Shown here one piece after another: positions 13,250-27,124 of a stretch of 64,000 nt of DNA; within the stretch, counting starts at the first letter, position 1, and every line of letters begins with the position of its first letter. This DNA is from Mobula hypostoma. Taxonomy: Eukaryota. Location of the stretch: assembly GCF_963921235.1 (NCBI RefSeq), contig NC_086097.1, forward strand, positions 6,386,001 to 6,450,000, given 5' to 3'. The position numbers were made by a program, and so were the translations under genes. The notes under the pieces were generated by a model that was given only the letters and a program-made list of their open reading frames with translations, searched no databases and had not been told where the DNA came from.

Positions 13250-13592
13250 GAAACAAAAGTAAGTCAACGTTTTGGGCTAAGTCTCTTCGCCAACTCTTCT
13301 TCCTATGGTCCATTCTCCTCTCCTATCAGATTGCTTCCTCTCCAGTCCTTTATCTCTAACACCCACCTGACTTCACCTACCTCCTTCTAGCTATTCTCTT
13401 TCCCCTCCCCGCTCCTTTTTATTCTGGCATCTTCCTCCTTCCTTTCCAGTCCTGATGAAGTGTCTCAGCCCAAGACATCGACTGTTTACTTTTTCCCACA
13501 GATGCTACTTGACCTGCTGAGTTCCTCTAGCATCTTGTGTGCGTGTGTGTGTGTTGCTTGGATTTCCAACATCTGTAGATTTTCTCTTGTTT
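13250..13592 (+). mobile_element. Older Penelope-like terminal repeat with degenerate hammerhead motif
   Basis: cagtcctgatgaagtgtctcagcccaagacatcgactg at 13447-13484, followed by gacctgctgagttcctc and the gatttccaacatctg tail. Confidence 0.8.
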
Positions 13593-13879
13593 ATGAAAAA
13601 TAAAAATAAAAACTGTTAGCAGACAATTTGAAAAAAAAGTATCACTGGAAACCTTAGTGTTGTTTCTCATCTGAAACGGTAACTCCTTTTTTTCCCATTC
13701 ATGCTGGCTGACCTGTGGATTTTTCCAGCAGTTTGATTTATGAAACTGGAAGTTTTGGCAATACATTGCAGGTGAGGGAACATCACTGGAAAAAGAATCA
13801 GAGTTAATGGTTCAAATTAACACCTTATAATAAATTTAGGATCCTTTATTATTGTGTTCCTTCAAAGATCTCATGTCTA

Positions 13880-14640
13880 CATTGGCCATTCAAAACTGCT
13901 CTCAGTAGTCCAAGTGGAATCACCAGCACCTTATAAGGCCTCAGTATTACATACTTACTTTTATATTCTAGTCCTCCTGAAATGAATGCGAACATTGCAC
14001 TTGCCTTCCTCACCACAGACTCAATCTGCAAGTTAACCTTTAGGGAATCCTGCACAAGGTCTCATAAGTCCCTTTGCACCTCGGATTTTTGAATTTTCTC
14101 CTCACTTAGAAAAATGTCTGCTCTTTTATTCCTTTTACCAAAGTGCATGACCAGACATTTCTCGACACTCTATTCCATCTGCCACTACTTTGTCCATTCT
14201 CCTAATCTCTCTAGGTCCTCTGTAGCCTCTCTACTTCCTCAAACTGACATGCACCTCCACCTACTGTCTGCAAACCTGGCCACAAAGACGATAATAATGT
14301 CATCAAAATCATTGACATACAACATAAAAATAAGCGATCCCTACACCGACCTCTGCAGAACCCCACTAAAAATGGCAACCAGCCATAAAAGGCTCCCTAT
14401 ATTCCCACTCTTTGCCTCCTGCCAATCAGCCATTGCTTTATCCATGCTAGAATCTTTCCTGTAATACCGTGGGCTTGTAGCTTGTTAAGCATCCTCATGT
14501 GCAGCACCTCGTCAGAAGCTTTCTGAAAATCCGACTACACAACATTCACCAATTCTCTTTTATCTATCCTCAAAGAATTTCAACAGAAGGAAACTATGCT
14601 GACTTTGGGCTATTTTATCATGTGCCTCCAATTACCCTGA
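13880..14640 (-). mobile_element. Degraded CR1 LINE fragment
   Basis: SLKVNLQIESVVRKASAMFAFISGGLEYKS peptide (ORF 13849-14055). Confidence 0.9.
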
Positions 14641-14959
14641 AATCCTTTATCTCTGAAACCTTTCTAGTAAAACTATTGTCATCACAGGAAATAGTCTATT
14701 AAGTGCACTTACTCCGTTGCAACTGTTTACGACATTTGAGATCAAAACTTGCCATACTATTCCAAATGTGATGTCTCAGTAAAACTCTTTCCATCTGCAG
14801 GAGGATTTCCTTATTCCTGAACCCCTTTCAATAAAAAACAGCATCTAGTTTACCATTCCAATTGCCAACTATCCCTGTTATTAACTTGATTCATCATCAC
14901 TGATACTTAATATTTTGGAAAATCCTGTTTTTATATTTTTTCCTACTAAATTATTGGAA

Positions 14960-15405
14960 GCTCTATGTAGAGTGGATGTGGAGAGGATATTTTCTGTAGT
15001 GAGAGAGTCTGGGACCAGAGGGCTTAGGAAAAGAATGGAGGGATGTCCACTTACAACAGAGATAAGGAGGGTCTCGGCCTGAAACGTTGACTGCACCTCT
15101 TCCTAGAGATGCTGCCTGGCCTGCTGCATTCACCAGCAACTTTTATGTGTGTTGCAGAGATAAGGAGGAACTTCTTTAGCCAGAGTGTGGTGAATTTGTG
15201 GAATCCATTGCCCTGTATGACTGTGGAGGCTGCCATTGGGTATATTTAAAGTGGAGGTTGATAGGTTCTCAATTAGTCGTGGCATCAAAGATTAGAGGGA
15301 GAAGGCAAGCGAATGGGGTTGAGAAGGATAATGAATCGGTAATGATAGAACGGTGGAGCAGACTTCATGGGCTGAATGGCCTAATTCTGCTCCTAAGGTC
15401 CTAAA
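14960..15405 (+). mobile_element. CR1 3' fragment interrupted by a Penelope repeat piece (15071-15154)
   Basis: CR1 3' motifs; the insert is flanked by 14-bp cagagataaggagg (15057-15070 and 15155-15168). Confidence 0.88.
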
Positions 15406-15787
15406 TTGAATGACTTCACAATTGTCCACATCATAGAAATACATCTTTTAGAAGCAAAAAGAGAACAAATAGACTTAAGCAGCTGAAAGATCTGCGCCAG
15501 AGCTTGAAGTAATGAAATCCTGTGAATATTGTGCACTGATTATATTAGAAAAGGTAAATAGATTACATTACTATGTTTTGCAATTTAATTAATGTACAAA
15601 TTATTCTCTATAAAATTGATTAAACAGACAACTGTTTCCGTTATCTCTCTGGTGCTTGCATGCTGTTCGTGAATGTGTGCCGACCTTTAATTCCATGCGG
15701 TAACAAAGCGATCACAGATTACTGTTATTTATTCTGAAGAATGGTTTGTATAAAGTGAACATAAAAAAGCAGAGGGTAGCATTAATA

Positions 15788-16500
15788 TCATCATCATCAT
15801 CATCATCATTAGGTGCCGTGCCCAGTTTGAGCTTTGACTGCCATGGCCCACACACTCCTGTTTCTGGTCAAGTGGATCAATTCATTGGTATTCATTTCCA
15901 ATTCTCTGGCTGCTGTCTCCATCATCATTTGTCTTTGTCTTCCTCTTGCTTTCTTCCCTTCAATCTTTCCCATAATTACTGTGCATTCTAACACTTCTTT
16001 CCTAATCGCATGTCCAATGAAGTTATGTTGCCTTTTCATGATCTCATACATTATTTCTCTTTTTGTGCTTGCTCTGTTCATGACATCCTCATTAGATATT
16101 TGTTTTGTCCATGATATTCTTTGCATCCTCCTCAAAAACCGCACCTCTGCTGCTTCAATTCTATTCCTCATGTTATGAGATATTGTCCAACATTCTGAGC
16201 CATATAACATAACTGGATAAACGTGACATTTCAGTACTCTGAGGGGGGTTGTCATGCCTAGTTTAGTGTTGGTCAGTATACTCTTCATTCAACACACAAA
16301 AGGTGTGTTTTGCCATCCCTATTCTTCTTTTGATGTCTGCGTCGCACCTGCCATCTGATGTCACCAGCTTCCTAAGTAGCAAAAGTTCTGTACTTGTTTT
16401 ATGTCTTCCCCGTTTATTCTCAGCCTGCAGATAGGATTCTCCTTCTTTTTGGATATCACCACACATTCTGTCTTTTTGCAATTGATAGATAGACCCATTT
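15788..16500 (-). mobile_element. RTE-clade LINE 3' fragment
   Basis: ORF 15809-16288: LLYG-like MLYGSECWTI, IEAAEVRFLRRM..ISWT, GKIEGKKARGRQR; (GAT)n tail. Confidence 0.93.
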
Positions 16501-16749
16501 TTACACTAATTAATATAAATAGTCAAATTATTTTGTTGATTTATTGTAACAGGCTGGATTCATCCTAATTCTCTTACTGAAGTAAACTGGCCAATTTTCT
16601 GAGAGAAGGCAGGAGAATAAGTTTAAGAGGGAAATGAATAAGCCATGATGAAATGGTGGGACAGACTTGATGGGCTGAAAGGCCTATTTCTATGACTTTG
16701 TTGGCTATAAAGAACAAAGATCAGTGAACAAGAATGGGGGTGGCCATTT

Positions 16750-17408
16750 TGTAGGACTGCCCTTGCAGACCCCATTGTGAGAGCTCTTTAATGAACTGAT
16801 TCTTGCTCTGGGGTAACTTAATCAGAGCAATTAAATGTGGACACAAGGAGTTTCAGCTAATGGCTTGCTAAACCTGAGACCATTCTCAGGCAAGCAGCTA
16901 TGTATTATGTAAAGTACCTGTGTCTCCTGATTTGAACCAGTCAGAGTTGAAAAAGACAAAGAAATGAGGCTAAGGGCAGAGACCATAGAACAATACTGGT
17001 TGTAGCCATGGACCAGAGCCAATAAGAAGATGAACCAGGTTGGTCAGATGACCTTGAGCCAATGGGATGGAGATACATCATTTGAACTAATGAGGAATAC
17101 TATAAGAGTAGGGAGCTTCAAATGCAAAGTATTGACACTCTCCAAAGATCAACCATCCTGTGAAGGACCTAATGGACACCTGGAGATTGGAGCAGGACCA
17201 TGAGTAATACCTAGGCTCCTTTCTCAGGTAATATCTTTTTTCTTCATTAACTGTTTTTGAGGATCAGGGAATCCTAATTAGTGTGTGCACGCAGTTAATT
17301 TGTGAACTCACATGCTTTTTAGTTGAAACAACAAAAAGGTTACTTGTTAGTAAATACAGATCCTTTCTGTGTCTGCCTGGTGATTATTACTAAGAGGTAG
17401 ATCCTGAT
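16750..17408 (+). mobile_element. Possible solo LTR
   Basis: Starts tgtagga and ends tcctgata; two CCAAT boxes, tataag at 17101 and agtaaa near the 3' end. No TSD seen. Confidence 0.35.
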
Positions 17409-18399
17409 AAAATCTTATAGTCTAATGATCTATTTTCATTCTATGATTCTACTTGCCTGTGTTCTATACCCATACACTGTGTCAAATTTAGATTTTAAGA
17501 CATTCTAAACCATTTTCAAAATCAAATAAGTGATTAAACATTGGTAGGGGCTTCCTAATGTTGAGAATAAAGTATCTGTCTAATCTCCTTCATTCCAGAT
17601 GTCAGAGAACAAAGAGACCTATGATTTGATTTTATGATGGTTATTTTAGAAATTATGTTGTTTGCTTTACAAGCTATATATTGTCTTTCAGAGTTATCAG
17701 CAAAAATTCAATGCAAACCGTTCACTTTCATCCTGGGTTTGTCACACTGTGAAATGTGTTTTCAACTAATCACCAAGTCTTCTTTAAAGCTTTCAAGTTC
17801 TACATCCAGAAGGTAAAGAATAGGCTTCATTCCAAATTACATGCCAGTCTCAGTTCTCCTCTCCCTTCACTGACATGGGTCAAGAGCCTGTCCGACAGTA
17901 CTGTTGAAGTGATTTTTGCCACAATGGAAGCTTGCCGGCACCTCAGAAACACAACAGTAGTACAGCACAAAAATAGGCCTTTTGTCCCATCTAATCCATG
18001 TCAAAGTTTTATTTTGCCTCGTCCCATCAATCTGCACCTGGACCATCACCTTCCACACCCTTTCTATGCACCTGTCCTAAACTTCCCTTAAAAGTTGACA
18101 TCAAACCACACGTACTGCTACCAGTGACAGCTCATTTCACACTCACACCATCTTCTGATTGAAAAAAGTATCCCCTCAGGTTCCCCTTCTCAAAGTGAAT
18201 TAGACAAAGGCAATGAAAGTTGGGGCTTGCCAGCTATGCCAACAATCCACGGAATTATTATGAAAATGTAAGGAAGTTCATACCTTTTCATGAAGCTCTT
18301 TATCACTATAAATGCATAAGGCTACATATTTTGGTTATAACTAATAAAAACTGAAAACATAACAGACAATCTAACCTGGACCCACAATGTCTTCCCATG

Positions 18400-18900
18400 T
18401 GTTAGTAGGCACAGCAGTGTCCACACTTACTGAGGAGACTGAGGCACACAAGGCTCCGCACCCCCATTCCAAAAACTGTCTACAGGAGCCTCATCGATAG
18501 TGTCCTGTCTGATTACCTCATTGCGTGGTAAGAAGCTACTACTGCCCTCTACTGTGCCTATTGTCTTGTTTATTATTTATTGACTTGGCTTGACAAGGCA
18601 TTGGACCACAAGACCCCTCAGGGGATAGTAAATGCTACTGAGAGGAACAGTGGGTCTCCCTCCTCCCTGTTTGTGACTTTTACAGAAGCATTGCATACCA
18701 AGGGCCTGAAGCATTGTTGAGGATCCCTGATACCCATCCCAGAATCTCTTTGACCCACTACCATCAGGAAAGAGGTACAGGAGCATCAGGACTTGGATTG
18801 AGAGACTGGGTAACAGCTTCTTCCCTCAGGTTGTGAGACTAATGAACGCCTTGCAACCACCAAGATTGCTTCACTAGGGCAGCAAGCTGTTTACTATTTA
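18400..18900 (+). mobile_element. Degraded Rex1/Babar LINE fragment
   Basis: ctaccatcaggaaagaggtacaggagcatc..aacagcttcttccctcagg motif (LPSGKRYRS..NSFFP). Confidence 0.75.
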
Positions 18901-18962
18901 TTACTTAACTTATTTATGGTAATATTTTGTTTAACAGTACTCCACAAAGTCGAAAGTGCATA

Positions 18963-19336
18963 CAATGCATATAAAAGGATTCACCCCCTCGGAAGTTTTC
19001 ATGTTTTACAGCATTGAATCACAATGGATTTAATTTGGCTTTTATTGACATTAATCAACAAAAAAGTTACTTTTGTGTCAAAATGAAAACATGTCTCTAC
19101 AAAGTGATCAAAATTAATTACAAATATAAAACACAAAATAATTGATTGCGTAAGTATTCACCCCCTTTAACTTAGATCATTTCGTAGAGATTTGTTTTCA
19201 TTCTGACACGAAAGAGTCTTTTTCTGTCGATTTGTGACAAAAAAGCCAGATTAAATCCACTGTGATTCAATGTTGTAAAATAATAAAACATGAAAACTTC
19301 TACGGGTGGTGAATGGTGAATACTGGTTAGACACTG
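18963..19336. mobile_element. Internally deleted Tc1-like element (MITE)
   Basis: TA-caatg...cactg-TA ends; long imperfect inverted repeats; outer and inner aagtattcacccc-type direct repeats (~18975 and ~19152). Confidence 0.85.
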
Positions 19337-20574
19337 TATGTATAGCAATGGTTTAATTTTAAGTATCACGCTGCAGAATAAAGCATATTTCATAAAAAAT
19401 GTCAGTTATTATAAACCTGATTCTGATATGGGTCTCTATTGTAGACTGTGAGTGGGAAGGGGGAAGGGAGAGGGGAGGGGTGTGGGAACCAGAGAGACAT
19501 TCTGTAATGATCAATGAACCAATTCTTTGGAATCAAATAATCTTGCTTGAGTGTGGCTGCACCCATACCACCCCACTTCTCTGGCATTCCTTCTCCGTTA
19601 CCTGTTCCACACCCCTCCATTGCACCCCACTCTTGCCATTTTCAATATCGTTTCCTACTGCCAGATTTACAAACTCTCTCTCTGCTCTTCCTTGACAAAT
19701 ACAGCACTGTGTAAACATCTTATGCACCCTAGCTATATATATATGAACCTAAGACTTTTGCACAGTACTGTATGTGCTGTGTGCGATATGCTTTCTAGTC
19801 CAGAGGAACATTGTTTCATTTGTTTGTATATTTGTACAGCCAGAGGGCAATAAATTTGAACTTGAACTTGAATTTTAAAAGAAAACACTCATGAACTTGC
19901 ATGAATTTTAAAAAATATTTTCTCTGATAAAATTACTAATTTATGATCAATGGAACCTCAGAATTTATTCCAAATATGCAAATGGACAAAGGTTCCATGC
20001 AATTTGCCAGAGGAATGAGATATAGGAGCAGAATTAGGCCATTTGACCCTTGAGTCTGTTACCCCATTTCATCATGGCTGATCCATTTTCCCTCTCAGCC
20101 GGAATCTTCTGCCTTCCCTCCATATCACTTTCATGCCTTGAACTAATCAAGACTCATTCAAAATGGAAGGAATGGAATATAAGTGGAACTGAGGTTGAAA
20201 AAGAAAGATGGTCTGATTTATCTGAAACCTCTCATGCTGAAGGGCTGACCATGGAACAGGAATTTTGTGAATAGATTACAAACCAAACAAGTGACAGCCT
20301 CAGTAAAACCACTGAGAAATTGTGACTGACAGGATAAATTTTGTGCTCAGCTCATTCACGGTCGGATACATCAACCTCCGTGTGCGTTTGAGTGACAATA
20401 TCCACCATTTCCTTAGAAGAAGCATCGATCACCATCCCTACCGAGTGACAAGTTCCTGTTTTCTATATACAAGGAAAATAGTATACAGAATTTATTTAAT
20501 ATAGATGAGATTCATTTTTTTGTGGGCAACCACAATAAACAAAAGAATACTAAGGAATTTAGTAAGAATTTAGT

Positions 20575-22266
20575 AATTTACTAAGGAAACTGGCATGGAG
20601 TCAATGGAAATAAGGCAAACAAGTAGTGAGGTCATGGAACCTATACAGATTGAGGAGGAGGAGGTGCTTGCTATCTTGAGGCAAATCAGAGTAGATAAAT
20701 CCCCAGGACCTGACAGGGTATTCCCTTGCACCTTGAAGGAGACTAGTGTTGAAATTGCGGGGGCCCTGGCAGATATATTTAAAATGTCGGTGTCTACAGG
20801 TGAGGTGCCGGAGGATTGGAGGATAGCTCATGTTGTTCCGTTGTTTAAAAAAGGCTCTAAAAGTATTCCGAGAAATTATAGGCCGGTAAGTTTGACGTCG
20901 GTAGTAGGTAAATTATTGGAAGGAGTACTGAGAGATGGGATCTACAAGTATTTGGATAGACAGGGACTTATTTGATAGAGTTAACATGGCTTTGTGCGTG
21001 GTAGGTCATGTTTAACCAATCTGTTAGAGTTTTTTGAGGAGGTTACCAAGAAAGTGGATGAAGGGAAGGCAGTGGATGTTGTCTACATGGACTTTGGTAA
21101 GGCCTTTGACAAGGTCCCATATGGGAGGTTAGTTAGGAAAATTCAGTCGCTAGGTATACATGGAGGGGTAGTAAATTGGATTAGACAATGGCTAAATGGA
21201 AGAAGCCAAAGAGTGGTGGTAGAGAATTGCTTCTCTGAGTGGAGGCCTGTGACTAGTGGTGTGCCACAGGGATCAGTGCTGGGTCCATTGTTATTTGTCA
21301 TCTATATCAATGATCTGGATGATAACGTGGTAAATTGGATCAGCAAATTTGCTGATGATACAAAGACTGGAGGTGTAGTAGACAGTGGGGAAGGTTTTCA
21401 GAGCCTGCAGAGGGACTTGGACCAGCTGGAAAAATGGGCTGAAAAATGGCAGATGGAGTTTAATACAGACAAGTGTGAGGTATTGCACGTTGGAAGGACA
21501 AACCAAGGTAGAACATACAGGGTTAATGGTAAGGCACTGAGGAGTGCAGTGGAACAGAGGGATCTGGGAATACAGATACAAAATTCCCTGAAAGTGGCGT
21601 CACAAGTGGTCGTAAAGAGAGCTTTTGGTACATTGGCGTTTATTAATCAAAGTATTGAGTGTAAGAGCTGGAATGTTGTGATGAGGTTGTATAAGGCATT
21701 GATGAGGCCGAATCTGGAGTACTGTGTACAGTTTTGGTCACCAAATTACAGGAAGGATATTAATAAGGTTGAAAGAGTGCAGAGAAGAAGGTTTAAAAGA
21801 ATGTTGCTGGGACTTGAGAAACTCAGTTACAGAGAAAGGTTGAATATGTTAGGACTTTGTTCCCTGGAGCGTAGAAGAATGAGGGGAGATTTGATAGAGG
21901 TATATAAAATTATGATGGGTATAGACAGAGTGAATGCAAGCAGGCTTTTTCCACTGAGGCAAGGGGAGAAAAGAAACAAGAGGACTTGGGTTAGGGGTGA
22001 AGGGGGAAAAGTTTAAAGGGAATATTAGGGGGGACATCTTCACACAGAGAGTGGTGGGAGTGTGGAATGAGCTGCCAGATGAGGTAGTAAATATGGGCTC
22101 ACTTTTAACATTTAAGAAAAACCTGGACAGGTACATGGATGAGTGGTGTATGAAGGGATATCGTCGAGGTGCAGGTCAGTGAAACTAGGTAGAAATATGG
22201 TTCGGCACAGCCAAGAAGGGCCAAAAGGCCTGTTTCTGTGCTGTAATATTCAATGGTTCTATGGTT
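20575..22266 (+). mobile_element. 5'-truncated CR1 LINE
   Basis: ORFs 20595-20975, 20994-22016 and 21997-22182 with YMDFGKAFDKV, GVPQGSVLGP, KFADDTK; (atggttct)n tail. Confidence 0.97.
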
Positions 22267-22378
22267 AATACAATATAATCAATGAAAAACTACATACAGT
22301 CTGACAAGCAACCAACATGCTGAAGAAGACAAACTGCAATAATAATAAATATATTTATTGAATAATAAACAAAAGGGA

Positions 22379-23390
22379 TATAGAAACATAGAAACATTGA
22401 AAATAGGGGCAGGAGTAGGCCATTCGGCCGAGTTTGAACCGCCATTCAGTATGATCATGGCTAATCATCCAACTCAGAACCCTGTACCTGCCTTCTCTCC
22501 ATACCCCCTGATCCCTTTAGCGACAAGGGCCATATCTAACTCCCTCTTAAATATAGCCAATGAACTGGCCTCAACTGTTTCCTGTGGCAGAGAATTCCAC
22601 AGATTCACCACTCTCTGTGTGAAGAAGTTTTTCCTAATCTCGGTGCTAAAAGGCTTCCCCTTTATCCTCAAACTGTGACCCCTCGCTCTGGAACAATCTT
22701 CCTGCATCTAGCCTGTCCAATCCCATTAGGATTTTATACTTTTCAATAAGATCCCCCCTCAATCTTCTAAATTCCAACGAGTATAAGCCTAGTTGATCCA
22801 GTCTTTCATCATATGAATGTCCTGCCATCCCAGGAATCAACCTAGTGAACCTTCTTTGTACTCCCTCTATGGCAAGAATGGCTTTCCTCAGATTAGGGGA
22901 CCAAAACTGCACACAATACTCCAGGTGTGGTCTCACCAAGGCCTTGTACAACTGCAGTAGTACCTCCCTGCTCCTGTACTCGAATTCTCTTGCTATGAAT
23001 GCCAGCATACCATTCGCCTTTTTCACCACCTGCTGTACCTGCATGTCCACTTTCAATGACTGGTGTATAATGACACCCAGGTCTCGTTGCACCTCCCCTT
23101 TTCCTAATCGGCCACCATTCAGATAATAATCTGTTTTCCTGTTTTTGCCACCAAAGTGGATAACCTCACATTTATCCACATTAAATTGCATCTGCCATGA
23201 ATTTGCCCACTCACTTAACCTATCCAAGTCACCCTGCATCCTCTTGGCATCCTCCTCACAGCTAACACTGCCACCCAGTTTCGTGTCATCCGCAAACTTG
23301 GAGATGCTGCATTTAATTCCCTCATCTAAGTCATTAATATATATTGTAAACAACTGGGGTCCCAGCACTGAGCCTTGCGGTACCCCACTG
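22379..23390 (-). mobile_element. 5'-truncated CR1 LINE (same subfamily as 4503-6497)
   Basis: ORF 22646-23368 KFADDTKLGG..RPHLEYCVQFW; near-identical to 4503-5527, with a short deletion near 22690. Confidence 0.97.
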
Positions 23391-23428
23391 GTACCCCACA
23401 GTTACTGGGAATATGAGTTGTAGCGTAC

Positions 23429-23958
23429 TTAGATTATGAAGACATGCAGTCCTCTTTTAATGTCATTTAGCAATGCATGCATTATGATATAATACATTAT
23501 TTCCTCCGGTGTAATATCACAAAACACAGGACAAACCAAGACTGAAAAAACTGACAAAACCACATAATTATAACATATAGTTACAAACAGTGTAACAATA
23601 CCATAACTTGATGAAGAAGTCCATGAGCACAGTAAAGTTTAAAGTTTCTCAAATGTCCCACATCTCACGCAGACGGGAGGAGGAAGAAAAACTCTCCCTG
23701 CCATGCCGACCACAATCCGACTCTGAGTCATCCGAAAACTTCGAGCTCTGATTAGCCTTCTGACACCGAATACTGAGCGGCATCTCTGTCCGAACGATTC
23801 GACCTCCTTCTCGGTCACCAAAAGCAGGCAAGGCCGGGGATTTTGACGCCTACCCTCTGAAAGATTCACGACCACATAGTAACGACAGCAGCGGATGGGT
23901 GTTTCAGAAATTTCTCCAGATGTTCTGCTGTGCTTTCACATCCATTCTGCATCAAATC
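23429..23958 (-). mobile_element. Young SINE-like element, copy 1 (5'-truncated)
   Basis: Nearly identical to 34440-34970; on the minus strand the tail is gcatgcatt..tgaca.taaaagaggactg..tcataatctaa. Confidence 0.85.
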
Positions 23959-24038
23959 AGGTCTCAGCCCGAAACGTCGACTGTACCTCTTCCTAGAGAT
24001 GCAGCCTGGCCTGCTGCGTTCACCAGCAACTTTTATGT
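23959..24038 (+). mobile_element. Penelope terminal-repeat fragment (3' half of hammerhead)
   Basis: ggtctcagcccgaaacgtcgactgtacctcttcctagagatgc matches 44009-44051. Confidence 0.85.
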
Positions 24039-24039
24039 C

Positions 24040-24270
24040 TGGTACCTGAGGTGAGTGACGTTCAGCAGCCTGATGGTTGAAGGGTAATAATGTTTCCTAA
24101 ACCTGGTGGTGTGGGACCTGAGGACTCTATACCTTCTTCCTGATGGTAGCAGCAAGAAGAGAGCATGGCCTTGATGATGGGTGCTACTTTCCTGTGGCAG
24201 CATACCATGTAGCTGTGCTTAATTCAGGGGAGGGCTTTATCTGTGATGGACGGGGCAATGTCCACTACTA
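24040..24270 (-). mobile_element. Rex1/Babar fragment
   Basis: cctgatggtagcagcaagaagagagcatggcc is the complement of the GHALFLLLPSG motif. Confidence 0.75.
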
Positions 24271-25676
24271 CTTGTCGACAATATTCTGCAGCAAATGTGT
24301 ATGTTAACTTTCTAAAGGAGCTTCAAATTGTAGACAGTTCCACTGGACACTGCTTCTAAATTCTTGGACAAATATAACGCTCGGTCTCCAGTTTATTTCT
24401 TAATTGGTTGTGGGTGTTCCTCTCGGGACCTGCAATTACTCAAGTGCCCCTGAATGGAATGTCTGGCTAAATGTGTTCAGAGCACATAGGACATAGAACA
24501 ATAAAGCACAGCATCATTCCCTTCAGCACACAATGTTGTGCTGAACCAGCTAAAATCCCCAAAAACTAATTCCTCCTCCAACAAAATGTCCATAGTTAAA
24601 AACTAACCACATTGATAAAACTAAAGGACAACTAACTGTAAACTCAATTGACTTTTTGAAATTTCACCATTATTAATATTACCAATTTATTTCAAATTTT
24701 GTTTCATCATAAAGTTGAGTATTCCAGCTGCCCTTGTGGAATTGGGACCTATATCTCTGAATTAAAGATCTCTGTGTACTTGATAATTCTAGTTCTCATT
24801 CTCGAGGAGAAATTATTTCTCTCCAACGTTGATATCAAATTTTTGATTTACATTAAATTTATACACCTTGAATACTTTAATTGTGTTACCCCTTAATTTT
24901 CCACATGCAAGCTGCTTTCTCACAAAAGTGACTTAAAAATTTGAACAACTTTGTTCCAGATACATTTGTTGAAAATGTGTTGAAAACTCTTCCAACTCCA
25001 ACATATTCCTTTTAGTGTCAAGATTGAATACCATATTCTGAATAGTATCTAATCAAAATTTTCTTCCATTGTAACTCTATTCCTTTGTATTCAGGCTCTC
25101 TTGGGATAAAGGGAAATCATTTATTACTTTATTAACATATTTTTGCAGGACCACTACTTTTTACAGATTTCTGTAAATGAGTTTCTTTGTTTGTCCTATC
25201 TTTTTATTTCTCCAAAGCTCCTAACAGTTTGCAGAACAGACTTCAATGTAAATTTTTAATCTGGCTAATTAAAATTACAATAGTCAGTTGAAAGGTTGTA
25301 CCTCTTATTACAGGGCTTAATCCAGCAAATCAATTATTAGTATATTGTACAATTTTAATCCCTTATCTCAACAGCCTGACAGCTATATCTCACTCAGATT
25401 GTCCTCCAGTGCTGAGAGGGAACATCCTTTCAATATTTATTTGAGATTAGCAGCCTTGTTAAAATAGTTTCAATTTTTCCTTGCTGTAGGCACTTCCCTA
25501 CTCACTCGTCTTCTTTCCCACATTACAAAAAGACAAACAAGGGCAAGGTTTTAATGTTTGATGAGAAAGCAGTCCAGGTGGAGATGTTTTCTTTTATGCA
25601 GCTCTTCTTGTTTGGCTCCCTTTCTCTGATGTATAAATTTGATCAAGAAATATAGTGGCAAGAAGTAAGATATAAA

Positions 25677-26210
25677 GTTCAAAGTTTAATGTATTTATAC
25701 CATATACAAACTTGAGATTTATCTCCTTACATGCAGCCACAAAACAAAAATCCCAAAAGAACCCATTAAAAAGAACATTAAACACCCAATTCGCAGGGAC
25801 AGACACGCAGACAAAAAGTAAGCAAATAGCATTCAGAACTGGAATTCTACGAAAGCCAAGCACTACTGCAGCTGGTGAAGGCAACAGCCATGGTTCATCA
25901 AAGTCAAGTAAACGTTGCAAAGCCACCGATGAAACCAGGCATCGTTGCAGCCGGCTCTGCATTTCAGCGTAAAGCTGAGTAAATATCATGGAGCAGCGAG
26001 CAGAACTGGTCCTTGCCTTGCCTCAGGACCTGACATCCTGGTCCTTTCAATCTAGCCCAGCGCTTAAAACATCCAACCATCGGGCTGTTCCTCACTCTTG
26101 GACCATTCTGCAGCCAGGATCCTGCTGCCATGATTCAGCCCATCCCTTACCTTTCCAACTCAGCCTGGCGGTTCAAATGATCAGACGTTGAGAGTTTCCT
26201 CACTCTCGGG
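25677..26210 (-). mobile_element. SINE-like element with LINE-type tail
   Basis: gttcaaagtttaatgtatttataccatatacaaacttgagatt..cttacatgcagccac tail complement. Confidence 0.55.
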
Positions 26211-26522
26211 GAAAGCAAGAAAGGCTGGTGGTATTGGTGGGCAGATGGCAATTGAAGTACGATGCAAATAAGTGTTACGTTTTGGAGGATGAGAATAAGA
26301 GGATAAACTACAATGTTAAAAGGGATTCGAGAACTGAGAGTTCTGGATTTAAATGCATCTGAATCAATGGAAATAGCAGGGCAAGTTAATAGACTTTTTA
26401 AAAAAAAAAAGCAGGATCTTGTCCTTTATAATATACAAGAGTACAAGACATCAAATTGGCCTTCATTGCTTCAGTAGGTTTCAACAGTAAGGCCACATCA
26501 TTTGTATACCTGATGCCACACT

Positions 26523-27045
26523 CAGAATCAGATTTATTATCACCGGCATGTGTCATGAAATTTGTTAATTTAGCACCAGCAGTTCAATGCAATACATAAT
26601 TTAGAAGAAAAAAATATAATAATAATAAATGAGTAAATCAATTACAGTATATGGATGTTGAATAGATTAAAAATCATGAAAAACCAAAGATAATATATAT
26701 TAAACAAGTGAGGTAGTGTCCAAGGTTTCACGTCCATTCAGGAATCGGATGACACGGGAAGAAGCTATTCCTGAATTGCTGAGTGTGTACCTTCAGGCTT
26801 CTGTACCTCCTTACCTGATGGTAACAATGAGAAAAAGGCCTGCCCTGGGTGCTGGAGGTCCTTAATAATGGACGCTGACTTTCTGAGACACCACTCCTTG
26901 AAGATATCCTGGGTACTTTGTAGGCTAGTACCCAAGATGGAGTTTACAACCCTCTGTAGCTTCTTTCAGTCCAGTACTGTAGCCCCACCCCCGCCCCCTC
27001 CATACCAGACAGTGATGCAGCCTGTCAGAATGCCCTCCACAGTTC
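26523..27045 (-). mobile_element. Rex1/Babar LINE 3' end
   Basis: tcagaatcag tail complement; near-identical family to 31961-32720. Confidence 0.85.
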
Positions 27046-27124
27046 ATCTACCTATGGTTCCCAACCTATGGACTCCTTGCTTAATGGCATTTGTCCAAGG
27101 CATAAACAGGATTGGAAATCCCTC

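Noticed and set aside
17691..17811. AG..GT-bounded open frame (possible exon)
   Set aside because: Peptide unrecognisable and no supporting neighbouring exons.
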